A DNA stretch of 64,000 bases from a candidate division WOR-3 bacterium (GCA_027026255.1 JALVOT010000015.1:413-64412), one strand, 5' to 3'. Positions 20,155-31,291 are shown, counted from the first letter of the stretch. Notes: generated from the sequence alone by a model not told the origin. Program-made: numbers and translations.

Positions 20155-21891
20155 ATGAAAACTTTATTACTTGGTAATGAAGCAGTGGCGAGGGGTGCCT
20201 GGGAGGGGGGATGTAATGTTGCTACGGCATATCCGGGAACCCCGTCCACCGAAATATTGGAAAACATCAATAGATATTCTGAAATCTATACTGAATGGTC
20301 GGTTAATGAGAAGGTTGCCTTAGAGGTTGCGGCTGGAGCCTGTTTTGTCGGAGCAAGGGTGCTTGTGGCGATGAAACATGTCGGTTTGAATGTTGCTGCT
20401 GATCCGATGTTCTCAATGGGTTATTCAGGTGTTACCGGAGGATTTATTATTGTCTCGGCTGATGATCCGGGAATGTGGTCATCCCAGAATGAACAGGATA
20501 ACCGGTATTACGCAAGGCATGCCAAGATAGCGGTATTAGAGCCGTCTGATTCCAATGAGGCAAAGTTATTTACTGTTTTGGGCTTTGAAATATCGGAGAA
20601 ACTGGATACTCCAATTCTCCTGAGATTGACAACCCGAATTTGCCATTCTCTTGGTGTGGTTGAATTGGGAAAACGTAAGGAACATAATGTCGGGGCTTAT
20701 GTCCGGGATACAAAGAAACGTCTTTTACTTCCCATCCATGCACGATTAAGGCATATCATTGTAGAGAAACGTTTGCAAAAACTAAAATCATATAGTGACC
20801 GATTCAAATATAACCGGATTGAGTGGGGTGGAAAAAAACTCGGGATTATTACATCAGGTATTGCATATCAGTATGCGCGCGAGGTATTTCCTGAAGCAAG
20901 TTTTTTGAAATTGTCCCTTACCTTTCCTCTGCCTGAGAAATTGATTAAAAGGTTTAGCCGTGCCGTAAAGAAGATAATCGTTGTTGAAGAGGGGGAGCCG
21001 ATTATTGAGAATGAACTTAAGGCAATGGGTATTAAGGTCATCGGTAAAGAGAAGATACCGATATGTGGGGAACTTACTCCAGAAATCATCAGGGATAGTT
21101 TTGCTGAAAAGAAGAGGTCTTATCCTAAGAAAAAGATGCCTCTCCGGCCACCGGTTCTATGTCCAGGTTGTCCACACCGGGGGGTCTTTTATATTATAAA
21201 TAAACTTAAACTTACTGCGACCGGGGATATCGGCTGTTATACACTTGGTGCCTTACCACCCCTTAATGCAATGGATACCTGTATCTGTATGGGTGCCTCG
21301 GTTACCAATGCCCAGGGACTGGAAAGGGCCGGAGGCAGGGAATTTAGCAAGAAGGTTGTTGCGGTAATCGGTGATTCAACATTCTTTCATTCAGGAATCA
21401 CCGGGCTTGTCAATGCGGTCTATAATAAGGCAAATCTGAATCTTTTAATTCTGGATAATTCTACCACGGCAATGACCGGACATCAACCCCATCCAGGGAC
21501 CGGTAAACTTGCCAAAGGCAGTGCAGGTAAAAGGGTGCTGCCTGAAGAGATTGTGCGGGGCTGCGGTGTGGAAATGGTTAGGATTGGTGATCCCAATAAT
21601 TTAAAGGAGACAGAGACATTGATAAAAGAGGCTGTTAATTTTGATGGTGTGTCGGTTATAGTCTTCCGGCGTCCCTGTGCCTTATTGGTAAAGCCTTCTC
21701 AGCCCTATTGGATTGACCCGGAAAAGTGTATCGGTTGTCAACTCTGTTTGAAGATTGGTTGTCCAGCAATAGGCCTGAAATTTCCCGATGATCGGGAAAA
21801 ACCTCTGGCCGTCATTGATGAAGTATTATGTGTTGGTTGTGGATTGTGTGTTCAGGTATGTCCCAGGGATGCAATTACTAACAAGAGATGA
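20155..21891 (+). CDS. iorA: Indolepyruvate:ferredoxin oxidoreductase alpha subunit
   Basis: GNEAVARG, YPGTPSTE, KHVGLNVAAD, LCPGCPHR, GDIGCY, GDSTFFHSG, C-terminal 2x[4Fe-4S]. Confidence 0.95.
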   Translation: MKTLLLGNEAVARGAWEGGCNVATAYPGTPSTEILENINRYSEIYTEWSVNEKVALEVAAGACFVGARVLVAMKHVGLNVAADPMFSMGYSGVTGGFIIVSADDPGMWSSQNEQDNRYYARHAKIAVLEPSDSNEAKLFTVLGFEISEKLDTPILLRLTTRICHSLGVVELGKRKEHNVGAYVRDTKKRLLLPIHARLRHIIVEKRLQKLKSYSDRFKYNRIEWGGKKLGIITSGIAYQYAREVFPEASFLKLSLTFPLPEKLIKRFSRAVKKIIVVEEGEPIIENELKAMGIKVIGKEKIPICGELTPEIIRDSFAEKKRSYPKKKMPLRPPVLCPGCPHRGVFYIINKLKLTATGDIGCYTLGALPPLNAMDTCICMGASVTNAQGLERAGGREFSKKVVAVIGDSTFFHSGITGLVNAVYNKANLNLLILDNSTTAMTGHQPHPGTGKLAKGSAGKRVLPEEIVRGCGVEMVRIGDPNNLKETETLIKEAVNFDGVSVIVFRRPCALLVKPSQPYWIDPEKCIGCQLCLKIGCPAIGLKFPDDREKPLAVIDEVLCVGCGLCVQVCPRDAITNKR

Positions 21892-22469
21892 AGAATAATA
21901 ATAAAAATATTGTAATCTGCGGTGTCGGTGGTCAGGGTATCATCCTTGCTTCGAATGTCCTCTGTTACACCGCTTTTCTTGAAGGGTATGATGTCAAAAA
22001 GAGTGAGGTGCATGGAATGGCACAGCGGGGCGGCAGTGTTATTACCCATGTCCGATTTGGTAAGAAGATATATTCTCCGCTGATTGAAAAGGGCGGGGCG
22101 GATTTTATACTTGCCTTTGAGAAATTGGAGGCATTACGATATGCAGATTATCTTGATAAGAATGGGGTGATTATCGTTAACAACCGTGAGATTGTCCCTG
22201 TTTCGGTCCTTGTCGGTTCAGAAAAATATCCGGTTGATATTAACAAAAAACTCAAAAGATACAGAAAAGCATATCTTGTTGATGCCGAAGACACTGCCAG
22301 GAGTCTTAAAAATTTTCGCGTTGTAAATATTATACTACTCGGTTTTCTCGCCCGATTTTTAAAATTCAAAAGGCAATCCTGGTATGAGTCGATTAAAAAA
22401 TATGTGAAGCAGAAGTTTGTTGATTTAAACATTGAGGCTTTTAATCAGGGTATTTCTTTAAATCGGTAG
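21888..22469 (+). CDS. iorB: Indolepyruvate:ferredoxin oxidoreductase beta subunit
   Basis: GVGGQGIILAS, SEVHGMAQRGGSV; ATGA overlap with iorA. Confidence 0.95.
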   Translation: MKNNNKNIVICGVGGQGIILASNVLCYTAFLEGYDVKKSEVHGMAQRGGSVITHVRFGKKIYSPLIEKGGADFILAFEKLEALRYADYLDKNGVIIVNNREIVPVSVLVGSEKYPVDINKKLKRYRKAYLVDAEDTARSLKNFRVVNIILLGFLARFLKFKRQSWYESIKKYVKQKFVDLNIEAFNQGISLNR

Positions 22470-22494
22470 GATGCTTTTGCCGGATGAAGCGATA

Positions 22495-22522
22495 TTGATA
22501 TCAGCAATGTCCGGGTTATAAT
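22495..22522 (+). promoter_or_regulatory. Promoter of recO (leaderless)
   Basis: TTGATA-N16-TATAAT, GTG 5 nt downstream. Confidence 0.6.
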
Positions 22523-22527
22523 GAATT

Positions 22528-23259
22528 GTGCCTCAGATTGTTAAGACCTCCGGTTTTATTCTAAAGACAATTCCATTTAAGGAATCAAGTCTGATTGTTT
22601 CGGTGTTAACAAGTCGTGCCGGTCGCATAAAAGTTCTGGTAAAGGGTGCAAGAAGACCGCGGAGTAAGTTCTGCGGTACAATGGAACCATTCAATCTTGA
22701 TGAAATCATCTATTACAAAAAAGAGACAAAGGAAATCTATACACTCAGCGATGCCGTTGTCTTAGACCATTTTGAAGACCTGCGGATTAATCCAGAAAAG
22801 GTTAACGGTGCATCGGTACTGTGTGAGTTTTTTGAAAAATCATTGGCGTTGGAACAACCGGGTTATTCTGCATATACCTTGCTTTATGAGTTTCTTAAAA
22901 GGCTGCGGAAAACTTCAGAAGAATTGATTAAGCCCCTTGTTCTTATCTATTTGTTTAATGGTCTTCGTATCAGTGGTTTGATGCCTTATCTGGAATGTTG
23001 CGTGTGTTGTAAACGGGCAATCGAACCGGATAAAAGTGTCCAGTTGAGTATTTCGGCAGGTGGTGTTGTCTGCCCGGGAGACTATGATGATACTGTAGTA
23101 TCTGTAAGCTGGCAAACATATCAGACCCTGGTAAAGATTTATAAAAATAAAAAAATTCAATACTCCCGGAAGATATTTGAAGAAATTGAAGGATTTCTTA
23201 ATGCTTATATATATTTCCACTTGAACAACCTGGTGCTCAATTCATTAAAGTATCTATAA
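22528..23259 (+). CDS. recO: DNA repair protein RecO
   Basis: N-terminal OB fold (ESSLIV...KGARRPRSK), Zn-finger CVCC...GGVVCPG. Confidence 0.9.
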   Translation: MPQIVKTSGFILKTIPFKESSLIVSVLTSRAGRIKVLVKGARRPRSKFCGTMEPFNLDEIIYYKKETKEIYTLSDAVVLDHFEDLRINPEKVNGASVLCEFFEKSLALEQPGYSAYTLLYEFLKRLRKTSEELIKPLVLIYLFNGLRISGLMPYLECCVCCKRAIEPDKSVQLSISAGGVVCPGDYDDTVVSVSWQTYQTLVKIYKNKKIQYSRKIFEEIEGFLNAYIYFHLNNLVLNSLKYL

Positions 23260-23445
23260 AGAATATTCTTCTTACCGACAGACCGGTTTCCGGTTTGATT
23301 GAGCAATCCGGATTCAGGGTGGGAAGGTATTTGGAATATCTTCAATTGAAAAGGGAATCGAAGAAGGGAAGATTATTATTGATGAGATTGGGAAGGCGGA
23401 ATTTTTCTTTGAGTTATTCAGAAGATTGCACTTGAGGCACTCGAT
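23256..23445 (+). pseudogene. Relic of THEP1/NTPase_1 family nucleoside triphosphatase
   Basis: Manual translation: KNILLTDRPVSG (decayed Walker A) / FRVGRY / IIIDEIGKAEFF (Walker B, DEIGKME-like) / ALEALD. Confidence 0.7.
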
Positions 23446-23495
23446 GCATCTGGCAACCAGAATATGCTGTCCGGATGAATCTGGAAGAGAGCGGC

Positions 23496-24833
23496 TTAAA
23501 AATTATATCTTACCTGAAAGAGGAGTTCCTTATTATCGCTGATTTTGCCGAATTTTGTGTTTGAACCGCCCTGGATTATTCGGGTGCCGATTGTAATCCG
23601 GGCGTTATCCATTGGTTGATAGCTGATTTGTGGTGCATAAACAAAGGCGAGATTATTTTTCCGGTCTTTGAAATCCTTGATCTCAAGGCTGCTATTGAGG
23701 GGTGAAATCTTTATTCGGTCACCAAAGAAAGAATATTCTGAGCCAATAAAGAGGTAGTCTTCTAAATTGTCTGCTCCCCTTTCTCCGGTGAAACCATGAA
23801 GATACTGGATGTTTATATAGAATCCATTTTTGAATGTGTAGTCAGCACCGAGCAGATATCGTGCATAAATACTATTGTCGAGTATTACCGAATCTGTAAT
23901 GCCCATACCCAGTTGTGACAGGTCCATCCTCTGGGTTACTTTTTCAGGATAGTAGATGGCAAGTTCTGACCAGATTCCAACATCACCAATCGCCCCGGCA
24001 GCATCTGCTCCGAAAATATGCATATGCGGATAGAACAGTTCACTTCTCAGATTTACCTTTCCGGTGGTCGGGTCCGGAGAAAAAATTAGTTTCTGACTGA
24101 TCGGCAGGTCATCTCTTCCATAGAGATAACTGAGGCTTATGTCATAACCGAACACGGTATTGCCAAGTTTGAGACCGAACTTAGAACTGTTTTTTAGATT
24201 ATTCTCAGGCAGTATTACAGAATCGGTAATCTCACCCGGTTCCAGACCGGCTGGTAAATCAATGGCTGGAACCAGGGCATTTTTCCATTCACCGGTGGGC
24301 AGAACGCCGGGCGTAAAAATAGGTATGAAGATTGCATTCAGGGTATAGTTACCAAGATAGATGCTTGCGCATACGCCATCAGAGCTCAGATGTCGACCAT
24401 AATCCCAGATATCCTCAAGGTCGTTGGGATTGACATTGTCGGTTGGATTTACCTTATCACCACTACCCCAGGCGATACGCTGTCGGCCAATCCTGAGGTC
24501 GATATTTTTCAGAAGAAAACCGTAGAGGTCGATATACGCCGAACGCAGTTCCATATCAAAAGGGCTGAGTTTATCTCGATTACCAAGGTCGGCACTGTTT
24601 TTGACAGATGGAAAACCCAGGGAACGGAACCAGAAATTCGTGTAGAAGTGTGCCCGGTTAAAGGGCTTTAATTCTGCAGTTAGATTTAAGCGGTATTCAC
24701 GCCAGGAAAAGTCATAGTCGTTGATTAACTGAAGGCGGTTATCGGTCTGGAGATAACCGTTCCAATCTATTTTTGCACCCTGGGCAAGGGAGATTAACCC
24801 CATACCCAGTATGATTGCAATAAAATGCTTCAT
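23496..24833 (-). CDS. Predicted outer-membrane beta-barrel protein (DUF1302-like)
   Basis: Signal peptide, LRIGRQRIAWG..D..NPTD motif, C-terminal VRYNF; context with MMPL and LolA-like genes. Confidence 0.7.
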   Translation of the reverse strand: MKHFIAIILGMGLISLAQGAKIDWNGYLQTDNRLQLINDYDFSWREYRLNLTAELKPFNRAHFYTNFWFRSLGFPSVKNSADLGNRDKLSPFDMELRSAYIDLYGFLLKNIDLRIGRQRIAWGSGDKVNPTDNVNPNDLEDIWDYGRHLSSDGVCASIYLGNYTLNAIFIPIFTPGVLPTGEWKNALVPAIDLPAGLEPGEITDSVILPENNLKNSSKFGLKLGNTVFGYDISLSYLYGRDDLPISQKLIFSPDPTTGKVNLRSELFYPHMHIFGADAAGAIGDVGIWSELAIYYPEKVTQRMDLSQLGMGITDSVILDNSIYARYLLGADYTFKNGFYINIQYLHGFTGERGADNLEDYLFIGSEYSFFGDRIKISPLNSSLEIKDFKDRKNNLAFVYAPQISYQPMDNARITIGTRIIQGGSNTKFGKISDNKELLFQVRYNF

Positions 24834-24845
24834 TATTTACCTCCT

Positions 24846-25592
24846 TTATCTTTTTAAATATCTTTTTGTGAATATATTGTCGGATAGCCCGGAATTGAAT
24901 TTTGCATCTTTTATAGATATCACGGTCGTATGTTTAGTCTTTAAATTTTCCATTGTAGATTTCCGGGCAATCCAACAGCCGTCGATCTTTTCAATCGCTT
25001 CCCGGGTCAGGATTTTTATTAATTTATTTTTCTTGTTGTAGTATTCAATGCGGGTGGGGAAAAATTTGTCTTTCAGAACCCAGATTTTTAAACTGCCGTA
25101 GCCGGTTTTTATATTCTCTTTTGGTTTTAATTGTAGTATGTAGTAGTCGTTATTATCTTCAAGCAGTTCGGGTTGCCATTTTTCATTATAGTTTATCGCC
25201 TCCATATCCTCATAGGTCATATCGGTTCCCGCAAATCGATTATTTTTGATGTGCCCGGCGATGCGTCTTACCTTCTGGAAGGCAGGGAGATACAGATACA
25301 TTTTACCGTTGGGGAGGGATAGAAATCCGATGCCGCGCTGGTCTGCTGGAGCAAGGAATTTAGTCATTCTTTTGTTGTTTCCTTTTTGATACATCACAAT
25401 CTCCCGTATCTTTTCATCACCATTCCTATCGATTAATTTTAATTCCATAGTTATCTTCTGGTCTAAAGGACCATTGATTACTTTATCCACCCGGTCCATA
25501 ATATCTGAGGCGGTGGGTTTTTGCCCGAATTGAAGGCCGGGTAGAAGAAGTATTGCGCTGGTAAAGATGATTGTTTTGAATTTATTTTGCAT
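24846..25592 (-). CDS. LolA-like outer membrane lipoprotein-sorting protein
   Basis: FLAPADQRGIGFL, LYLPAFQKVRRI, FAGTDMTYED motifs. Confidence 0.85.
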   Translation of the reverse strand: MQNKFKTIIFTSAILLLPGLQFGQKPTASDIMDRVDKVINGPLDQKITMELKLIDRNGDEKIREIVMYQKGNNKRMTKFLAPADQRGIGFLSLPNGKMYLYLPAFQKVRRIAGHIKNNRFAGTDMTYEDMEAINYNEKWQPELLEDNNDYYILQLKPKENIKTGYGSLKIWVLKDKFFPTRIEYYNKKNKLIKILTREAIEKIDGCWIARKSTMENLKTKHTTVISIKDAKFNSGLSDNIFTKRYLKR

Positions 25593-27859
25593 TATTGCCT
25601 CCTTTTATTTATTAAAATTATTATTGACGGTAATATTAATAGGGCACCGATTCCAGCACCGAGCATTGTAATTGCCACCAGGATACCAAATCTCTGTAAG
25701 GGGATTAATTGGGCGAAGACCAATGCCAGAAAACCGAGGATTACGGCAAGGTCATTTATGAATATTGCCTTACCCGTAGTGCGTAGTGTATTGATTACTG
25801 CCTGGTTAATATCATTAGCCCTTTTTCTTTCTTTGAGAAAACGGTGAAAAAGATGGATTGAGTAATCGATTCCGATACCGATGGATATACTGCCGACAAG
25901 CACAGTAGCAATATCAAGGGGGATCTTTGTATAACCCATAAATCCGAAGATTGTAATCAAAGAGAAGACGATGGGCAGCAGCCCAATAAATCCATAAGAC
26001 AGAGAGCGCATCATTAGAACAAGAATGATGAATACTGCAATAATTGCGATGAGCAGACTCTGAACCAGGCTTTTCTTTATACTGAGGTCGAGTTTGCAGT
26101 GGATTGATGGCATACCAGTAAGATAGAAATGGGTGCCGGGGCCGTTTATATTCGAGAGATATTTATTGATTGCCTGGACAACCTGATGTACCCGCTGGGT
26201 TTTGAGCCCGCTGCTTAAGGTTGCCTGAATTACCGCTTCAGTTCTGTCGCTGTTTATCAACTGCTCTATTACCTCTTCACTTTCAAGTAGAAAGAAGAGG
26301 TTTGACACCTTTGCCTCATCCTGAGGGATTTTTCTTCCTTCACCCATCACCTCATTCATCCATGCGATGAGGTCGGCAATTGATTGTGTATTATGGATAT
26401 CCGGGAATGAATCAAGGAAGGATTCTAATTTTTTTATTTTTCTCAGAGTCGCTGGATCCTTAATATTCCCTTTGACCAATATCTGGATTGGGGTTGAACC
26501 ACCGAATTTTTCTGCGATTACCTTTTCCGTGTGTCGAAAATCGGTCTCCGGTTTGAAATAATTCAGGATATCAACCTTACGTTCAATTTTTGGTATGCCA
26601 AGGCTTGCGATTATTATTAACAATATACCGCATATTAAGATTGTCTTGTATTTTTTTATAATAAATGGACCAGGATTTATAATAATTCCGGTTTTTGTCT
26701 TTTTCTTCTCTTTTGGGTTTATCCAGTAAATCAGACCGGGAATAAAGGTGAGAGAGATAATAAGTGAAAACAGAATACCCAGACTACAGAAGATGCCAAA
26801 GTCTTTGATTGCGGTAAGGTATGAGCCCAGGATAAATGATGAGAATCCGAGTATTGTAGTTGCACTGGCGAGGATTACCGGTAGTGTAACACTACTTAAG
26901 GCGTCTATCGATCTCTGTAATCGGTTCTTTTTAGTATCCCTTTCCATAAAATGGCTGATGACATGGATTCCATAGGCACTGCCCACGGCAAATAGAATTA
27001 CAGGAATGATATCCGAGATAATAGTTATAGGAATATGTAAAAGTGCCATTATCGCCAAGGTCCAGGTTGTGCTGAGCAGGACCGATAAGATTGGCAGAAT
27101 AACGCGGAAGAGATTCTGGAATCCGATAGTAAGGGCAAAAAGGATAAATATCATCACCAGAGGGATGAGAAGTTTCAAATCCCTGATAATCATATCACTG
27201 ATACCAACCATTAAAAATGGCTGGCCACCATAATAAACCTTTTCATTTAAGTTAAGTTTTTCAACGGTTTTTTTTAACCGACGCGCGGTCTTCATCTGGT
27301 CTGTTTCACGGTTTAATCGGCAGATTATTATTGTTTCTTTTGCATCTAAGGATACAAGGTTTTTCCGGTACATATCCCTGGAAAGGGTATAGGCTTTAAG
27401 TTTTTTGAGTTCGGCTCGGGTGCCGGGCGGATTTTCGGTGTCGATTAATGGTCCGATTTCAAGCCCTTCATCGGTCATTTTTATATTTAATATATTGGTC
27501 AAACTTGTGACAGATTGCACACCTTCGAGATTTTGAAACTGTTCCGTGAGTTGGGCGATATGGTTAAGGGTCTTTAAATTGAATACATCATCGGTCTCAA
27601 GCACAATCATTGCAATTAGATTTCCGCCGTATTCTTTTCCTATATAATCAAAGAGTTTAATCAGCGAATCATTTTTCGGCATATAGGACATAATATCGGG
27701 CTGGGTCTGGATGTCTTTGATAAAGAATCCGAGAAAGGCGGTGAGTATTATGGTGCCAATTACAATTACCTTGTGGTTATTCAAAACCACTGAGGCAAAT
27801 TTCTGGATTATCCCCTTCTGGAATATTTGACTATTTTGGTCTTTTGGTCGATAATGCAT
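25592..27859 (-). CDS. MMPL/RND family transporter
   Basis: Two repeats of TM + large loop + 5 TM; AVGSAYGIH, SIGIGIDYSIH. Confidence 0.9.
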   Translation of the reverse strand: MHYRPKDQNSQIFQKGIIQKFASVVLNNHKVIVIGTIILTAFLGFFIKDIQTQPDIMSYMPKNDSLIKLFDYIGKEYGGNLIAMIVLETDDVFNLKTLNHIAQLTEQFQNLEGVQSVTSLTNILNIKMTDEGLEIGPLIDTENPPGTRAELKKLKAYTLSRDMYRKNLVSLDAKETIIICRLNRETDQMKTARRLKKTVEKLNLNEKVYYGGQPFLMVGISDMIIRDLKLLIPLVMIFILFALTIGFQNLFRVILPILSVLLSTTWTLAIMALLHIPITIISDIIPVILFAVGSAYGIHVISHFMERDTKKNRLQRSIDALSSVTLPVILASATTILGFSSFILGSYLTAIKDFGIFCSLGILFSLIISLTFIPGLIYWINPKEKKKTKTGIIINPGPFIIKKYKTILICGILLIIIASLGIPKIERKVDILNYFKPETDFRHTEKVIAEKFGGSTPIQILVKGNIKDPATLRKIKKLESFLDSFPDIHNTQSIADLIAWMNEVMGEGRKIPQDEAKVSNLFFLLESEEVIEQLINSDRTEAVIQATLSSGLKTQRVHQVVQAINKYLSNINGPGTHFYLTGMPSIHCKLDLSIKKSLVQSLLIAIIAVFIILVLMMRSLSYGFIGLLPIVFSLITIFGFMGYTKIPLDIATVLVGSISIGIGIDYSIHLFHRFLKERKRANDINQAVINTLRTTGKAIFINDLAVILGFLALVFAQLIPLQRFGILVAITMLGAGIGALLILPSIIILINKRRQ

Positions 27860-27868
27860 AAAATTTTT

Positions 27869-28453
27869 TTATCTCCTTTTTATACCGTTAAAAAGCAAAT
27901 CAAATAAGGTGTCGATGTTTCTGTTCAGTTTTTTAATATCCTTTTCTGTTGCCCAGTGGTATTCGAGTCCTTTCATTCCTACCACAATCGTGAATGCGGT
28001 AAGGTCGAGGTCATCAATTTCAAATATTTTTTTTTCAATACCCTGTTTGAGTATCGATTTTATCGTTTCAATCTCAAAGGAATCAAATTGGCTTCTAAAT
28101 TTCTGGATGAATTTGTAGTTTTCCAAATATTCATCCTGGAATGCACTATAGACATTGGCGAGGCGGTTCAGTGCATTCATCCTCGCCTTGAAATAGGTGC
28201 GTAGTTTATCCGTAGGAAGTTTTTCCCGGGCGATTGCATTTAGGATCTCTGATTTCAAAATATTCCCTTCTCTTTTAATGACTGCCTTAAAGATATCTTC
28301 CTTGCTGGAAAAATAATGGTAGAGTGAACTCTTCGCCCGATTATTCGCCTTTGCAATATCCTCCATTGTCGCCTTGCGCAGGCCATAGCGGGCAAAGATT
28401 TTAACCGCCGATTCAATAATCTGGTCGCGGATATCTTTAGTGCCTTCGGGCAT
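27869..28453 (-). CDS. TetR/AcrR family regulator
   Basis: HTH IIESAVKIFARYG..ATMEDIAK...SSLYHYFSSKEDI. Confidence 0.93.
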   Translation of the reverse strand: MPEGTKDIRDQIIESAVKIFARYGLRKATMEDIAKANNRAKSSLYHYFSSKEDIFKAVIKREGNILKSEILNAIAREKLPTDKLRTYFKARMNALNRLANVYSAFQDEYLENYKFIQKFRSQFDSFEIETIKSILKQGIEKKIFEIDDLDLTAFTIVVGMKGLEYHWATEKDIKKLNRNIDTLFDLLFNGIKRR

Positions 28454-28475
28454 AATTTACCCCCATAAAATTTTC

Positions 28476-28488
28476 GACTAAATTAGTC
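28476..28488. promoter_or_regulatory. Probable TetR operator
   Basis: Inverted repeat GACTAA-A-TTAGTC between the -10 box and the tetR start. Confidence 0.55.
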
Positions 28489-28505
28489 AAATGTTTCATT
28501 GTCTA

Positions 28506-28533
28506 ATTATATTCAAAATTTAACCTCTGTCAA
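28506..28533 (-). promoter_or_regulatory. Promoter of tetR-MMPL operon
   Basis: TTGACA-N16-TATAAT. Confidence 0.7.
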
Positions 28534-28547
28534 GGGGTAAAATAACA

Positions 28548-29570
28548 TCAGCAAATTTCTTCAATGATTCCACCGCCCAGGACCAGGTCATCTTCATAAA
28601 AGACCACAGATTGTCCCGGGGTGATTGCCCATTGGGGTTTTTTAAAAGTAACCTTTATCCGTCCGTTTTTCAAAGGGGTGATTCGCGCCGGGGCAAGGGG
28701 TGCCGTATATCTTATCTTTGCCTGAACCATCCTTTTATTGAGTCGGTTAAATGGAATAAGATTTATATCTCCGGCAATAAATTCTGATTTATAAACATCC
28801 TTTTTTTCTCCAACATATAAGGCATTTTTTTTCGGGTCTATCTTTATGATATAATAAGGCTGTTTATGGCTGATACCAATACCCCGGCGCTGGCCCCAGG
28901 TATAAAAAAAGATACCCTTATGCTGACCAATTATTCTGCCATCTTTGTTGATTATTGGCCCAGGCCTTTCGGGCAGTTTTTTTTTAAGAAATGTTGCACA
29001 GTCAGTATCCGGAAGAAAGCAGGCATCCTGACTCTTTTTCCTCTTCGCAGTGGGAAGTTTAAACTTTTTGGCAATGTGGCGCACCTCTTCTTTTGTGTAT
29101 CGGCCAAGGGGCAGGATGGTTCGGGCAAGCTGTGTTTGTGTAAGGCGATAAAGAAAATAGGATTGTTCGTTTTTATCGCGCCCCTTTTTTAAAAGAAATC
29201 TTTTATTATTTTCTTCAACCCGTGCATAATGGCCGGTGGCAATGCGATCAAATCCGAGTTCTAAAGCCTTATTAAGAAAGAGTTCAAATTTTATATAACG
29301 ATTGCACAGGATACAGGGATTTGGTGTTCGGCCCTGATTATATTCTTCTATAAAATTTTCAATTATGATTTTTTTATATTGGGTGGTGAAATCGAAGCAG
29401 TGAAATGGAATTTTTATTTTCTTTGCTACCCGGCGGGCAAATTCAATATCTTTATCGGTAACACCCTGAAACACCATAATTGCTGCTTCGACTTCATAGC
29501 CTTCTTTTTTTAAAAGAAAGGCAGCTGTTGATGAGTCAACCCCACCACTCAGGGCAAGAAGGATTTGCAT
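28548..29570 (-). CDS. mnmA: tRNA 2-thiouridine(34) synthase
   Basis: LSGGVDSS, TPNPCILCN, ATGHYA, QSYFL, SQDACF, ITPGQSVVFY. Confidence 0.96.
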   Translation of the reverse strand: MQILLALSGGVDSSTAAFLLKKEGYEVEAAIMVFQGVTDKDIEFARRVAKKIKIPFHCFDFTTQYKKIIIENFIEEYNQGRTPNPCILCNRYIKFELFLNKALELGFDRIATGHYARVEENNKRFLLKKGRDKNEQSYFLYRLTQTQLARTILPLGRYTKEEVRHIAKKFKLPTAKRKKSQDACFLPDTDCATFLKKKLPERPGPIINKDGRIIGQHKGIFFYTWGQRRGIGISHKQPYYIIKIDPKKNALYVGEKKDVYKSEFIAGDINLIPFNRLNKRMVQAKIRYTAPLAPARITPLKNGRIKVTFKKPQWAITPGQSVVFYEDDLVLGGGIIEEIC

Positions 29571-29585
29571 CAGAGCCTTTTTGCT

Positions 29586-31265
29586 CTATTTTTCCATTGG
29601 TATCTTGATACCCTTTTTTCGGGCTACTTCAATTGCCTTTTCATAACCGGCATCATAGTGCCGGGCGACTCCTATACCCGGGTCATTGGTGAGAACCCGT
29701 TCAATTCTTTTATCCATATCCCTGGTTCCATCACAAACCAGAACCTGACCAGCATGGATTGAATAGCCGATACCCACACCACCGCCGTGGTGGATGGAGA
29801 CCCAGGAGGCACCAGATGCTGTATTGAGCAAGCCATTGAGGATGGGCCAATCAGCAATCGCATCCGAGCCGTCAAGCATACTTTCGGTTTCCCGATAGGG
29901 TGAAGCAACCGAACCGGTATCAAGATGATCCCGTCCAATAACAATGGGTGCCTTTAGTTCACCATCTCTTACCATCTGATTTATCTTAAGACCCAATTTA
30001 TCCCTTTCTCCATAACCGAGCCACATAATTCTTGCGGGCAGTCCCTGGAATGATATTTTTTTCTGAGCAAGTTTTATCCACCTTTTGATTGCCGGGTCAT
30101 CACCAAACATCTTTAAAACCAATTCATCGGTCTTATAGATATCTTCCTTGTCTCCAGAAAGGGCGGCCCATCTGAATGGACCTTTGCCTTCACAGAAAAG
30201 TGGTCGGATATATTCAGGAACAAATCCTGGTATCACAAATGGATTTTCAACTCCGGCACGTTTTGCCTGACCACGGATATTGTTGCCGTAGTCAAAGGTG
30301 ATTGCACCCTTCTTTTGCATTTCAATCATCGCCTCAACCTGTCTGGCAATTGATTCTAATGCCCGTTTTTTATACTCTTCAGGATTTGTGCTGCGTAGGT
30401 GAAGGGCGTCTTCTAAACTCATTCCTCCGGGAACATAGCCATTCAATTCATCATGGGCTGATGTCTGATCTGTAAGAATATCAGGGATTATTCCCCGGCG
30501 CACCAGTTCGGGTTCAATATCTGAGGTATTGCCGACCAGACCAACCGAGAGGGGCTTTTTCTCTTTTACTGCATCAAAGACGAGTTCCAATGCCTTGTCA
30601 AGGTCATCAACCATTACATCACAGAAGCCCTGGTCAATGCGTCTTTTTATCCGTGCGGGATCGACCTCAATATCAAGAATTACACCTTCATTCATTGTTA
30701 CTGCAAGGGGCTGGGCACCACTCATTGCACCCATCCCACCGGTGAGAACCCATTTACCTTTTAGAGAACCTTTAAAATGCCTTTTTGCGCAGGCAGCAAG
30801 GGTTTCATAGGTACCCTGAATAATCCCCTGGGTTCCAATATAGACCCAGGACCCGGCAGTCATCTGCCCATACATTATCAAACCCAGGGCCTCAAGTTTT
30901 CTGAAGTAATCCCAGTTTGCCCAGGCTGGAACCAATAATGAATTGGCGATTAGAACCCGGGGTGCATATTCAAATGTTTTAAAGACCCCGACCGGTTTAC
31001 CGGACTGGATTAGAAGGGTTTCATCATTTTCCAGTTCTTTTAATGTCTTTACAATTCTATGATAGCATTCCCAATTTCTTGCTGCCCTGCCGCTTCCGCC
31101 GTAAACAATCAACTCTTCAGGTCTTTCTGCAACATCAGGGTCCAGATTATTTTGAAGCATTCTTAAGGCTGCCTCTTGTTGCCATCCCTTACAGCTGATT
31201 TCAGTTCCGCGCGGGGCAGAAATAGGTTTATAAACATATTCTTTCATCGTTTTAGTTTTTTTCAT
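29586..31265 (-). CDS. hutU: Urocanate hydratase
   Basis: [41 protein letters not shown]. Confidence 0.97.
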   Translation of the reverse strand: MKKTKTMKEYVYKPISAPRGTEISCKGWQQEAALRMLQNNLDPDVAERPEELIVYGGSGRAARNWECYHRIVKTLKELENDETLLIQSGKPVGVFKTFEYAPRVLIANSLLVPAWANWDYFRKLEALGLIMYGQMTAGSWVYIGTQGIIQGTYETLAACAKRHFKGSLKGKWVLTGGMGAMSGAQPLAVTMNEGVILDIEVDPARIKRRIDQGFCDVMVDDLDKALELVFDAVKEKKPLSVGLVGNTSDIEPELVRRGIIPDILTDQTSAHDELNGYVPGGMSLEDALHLRSTNPEEYKKRALESIARQVEAMIEMQKKGAITFDYGNNIRGQAKRAGVENPFVIPGFVPEYIRPLFCEGKGPFRWAALSGDKEDIYKTDELVLKMFGDDPAIKRWIKLAQKKISFQGLPARIMWLGYGERDKLGLKINQMVRDGELKAPIVIGRDHLDTGSVASPYRETESMLDGSDAIADWPILNGLLNTASGASWVSIHHGGGVGIGYSIHAGQVLVCDGTRDMDKRIERVLTNDPGIGVARHYDAGYEKAIEVARKKGIKIPMEK

Positions 31266-31291
31266 TAAACCTCCTTGTTCTATTTTGTTCT

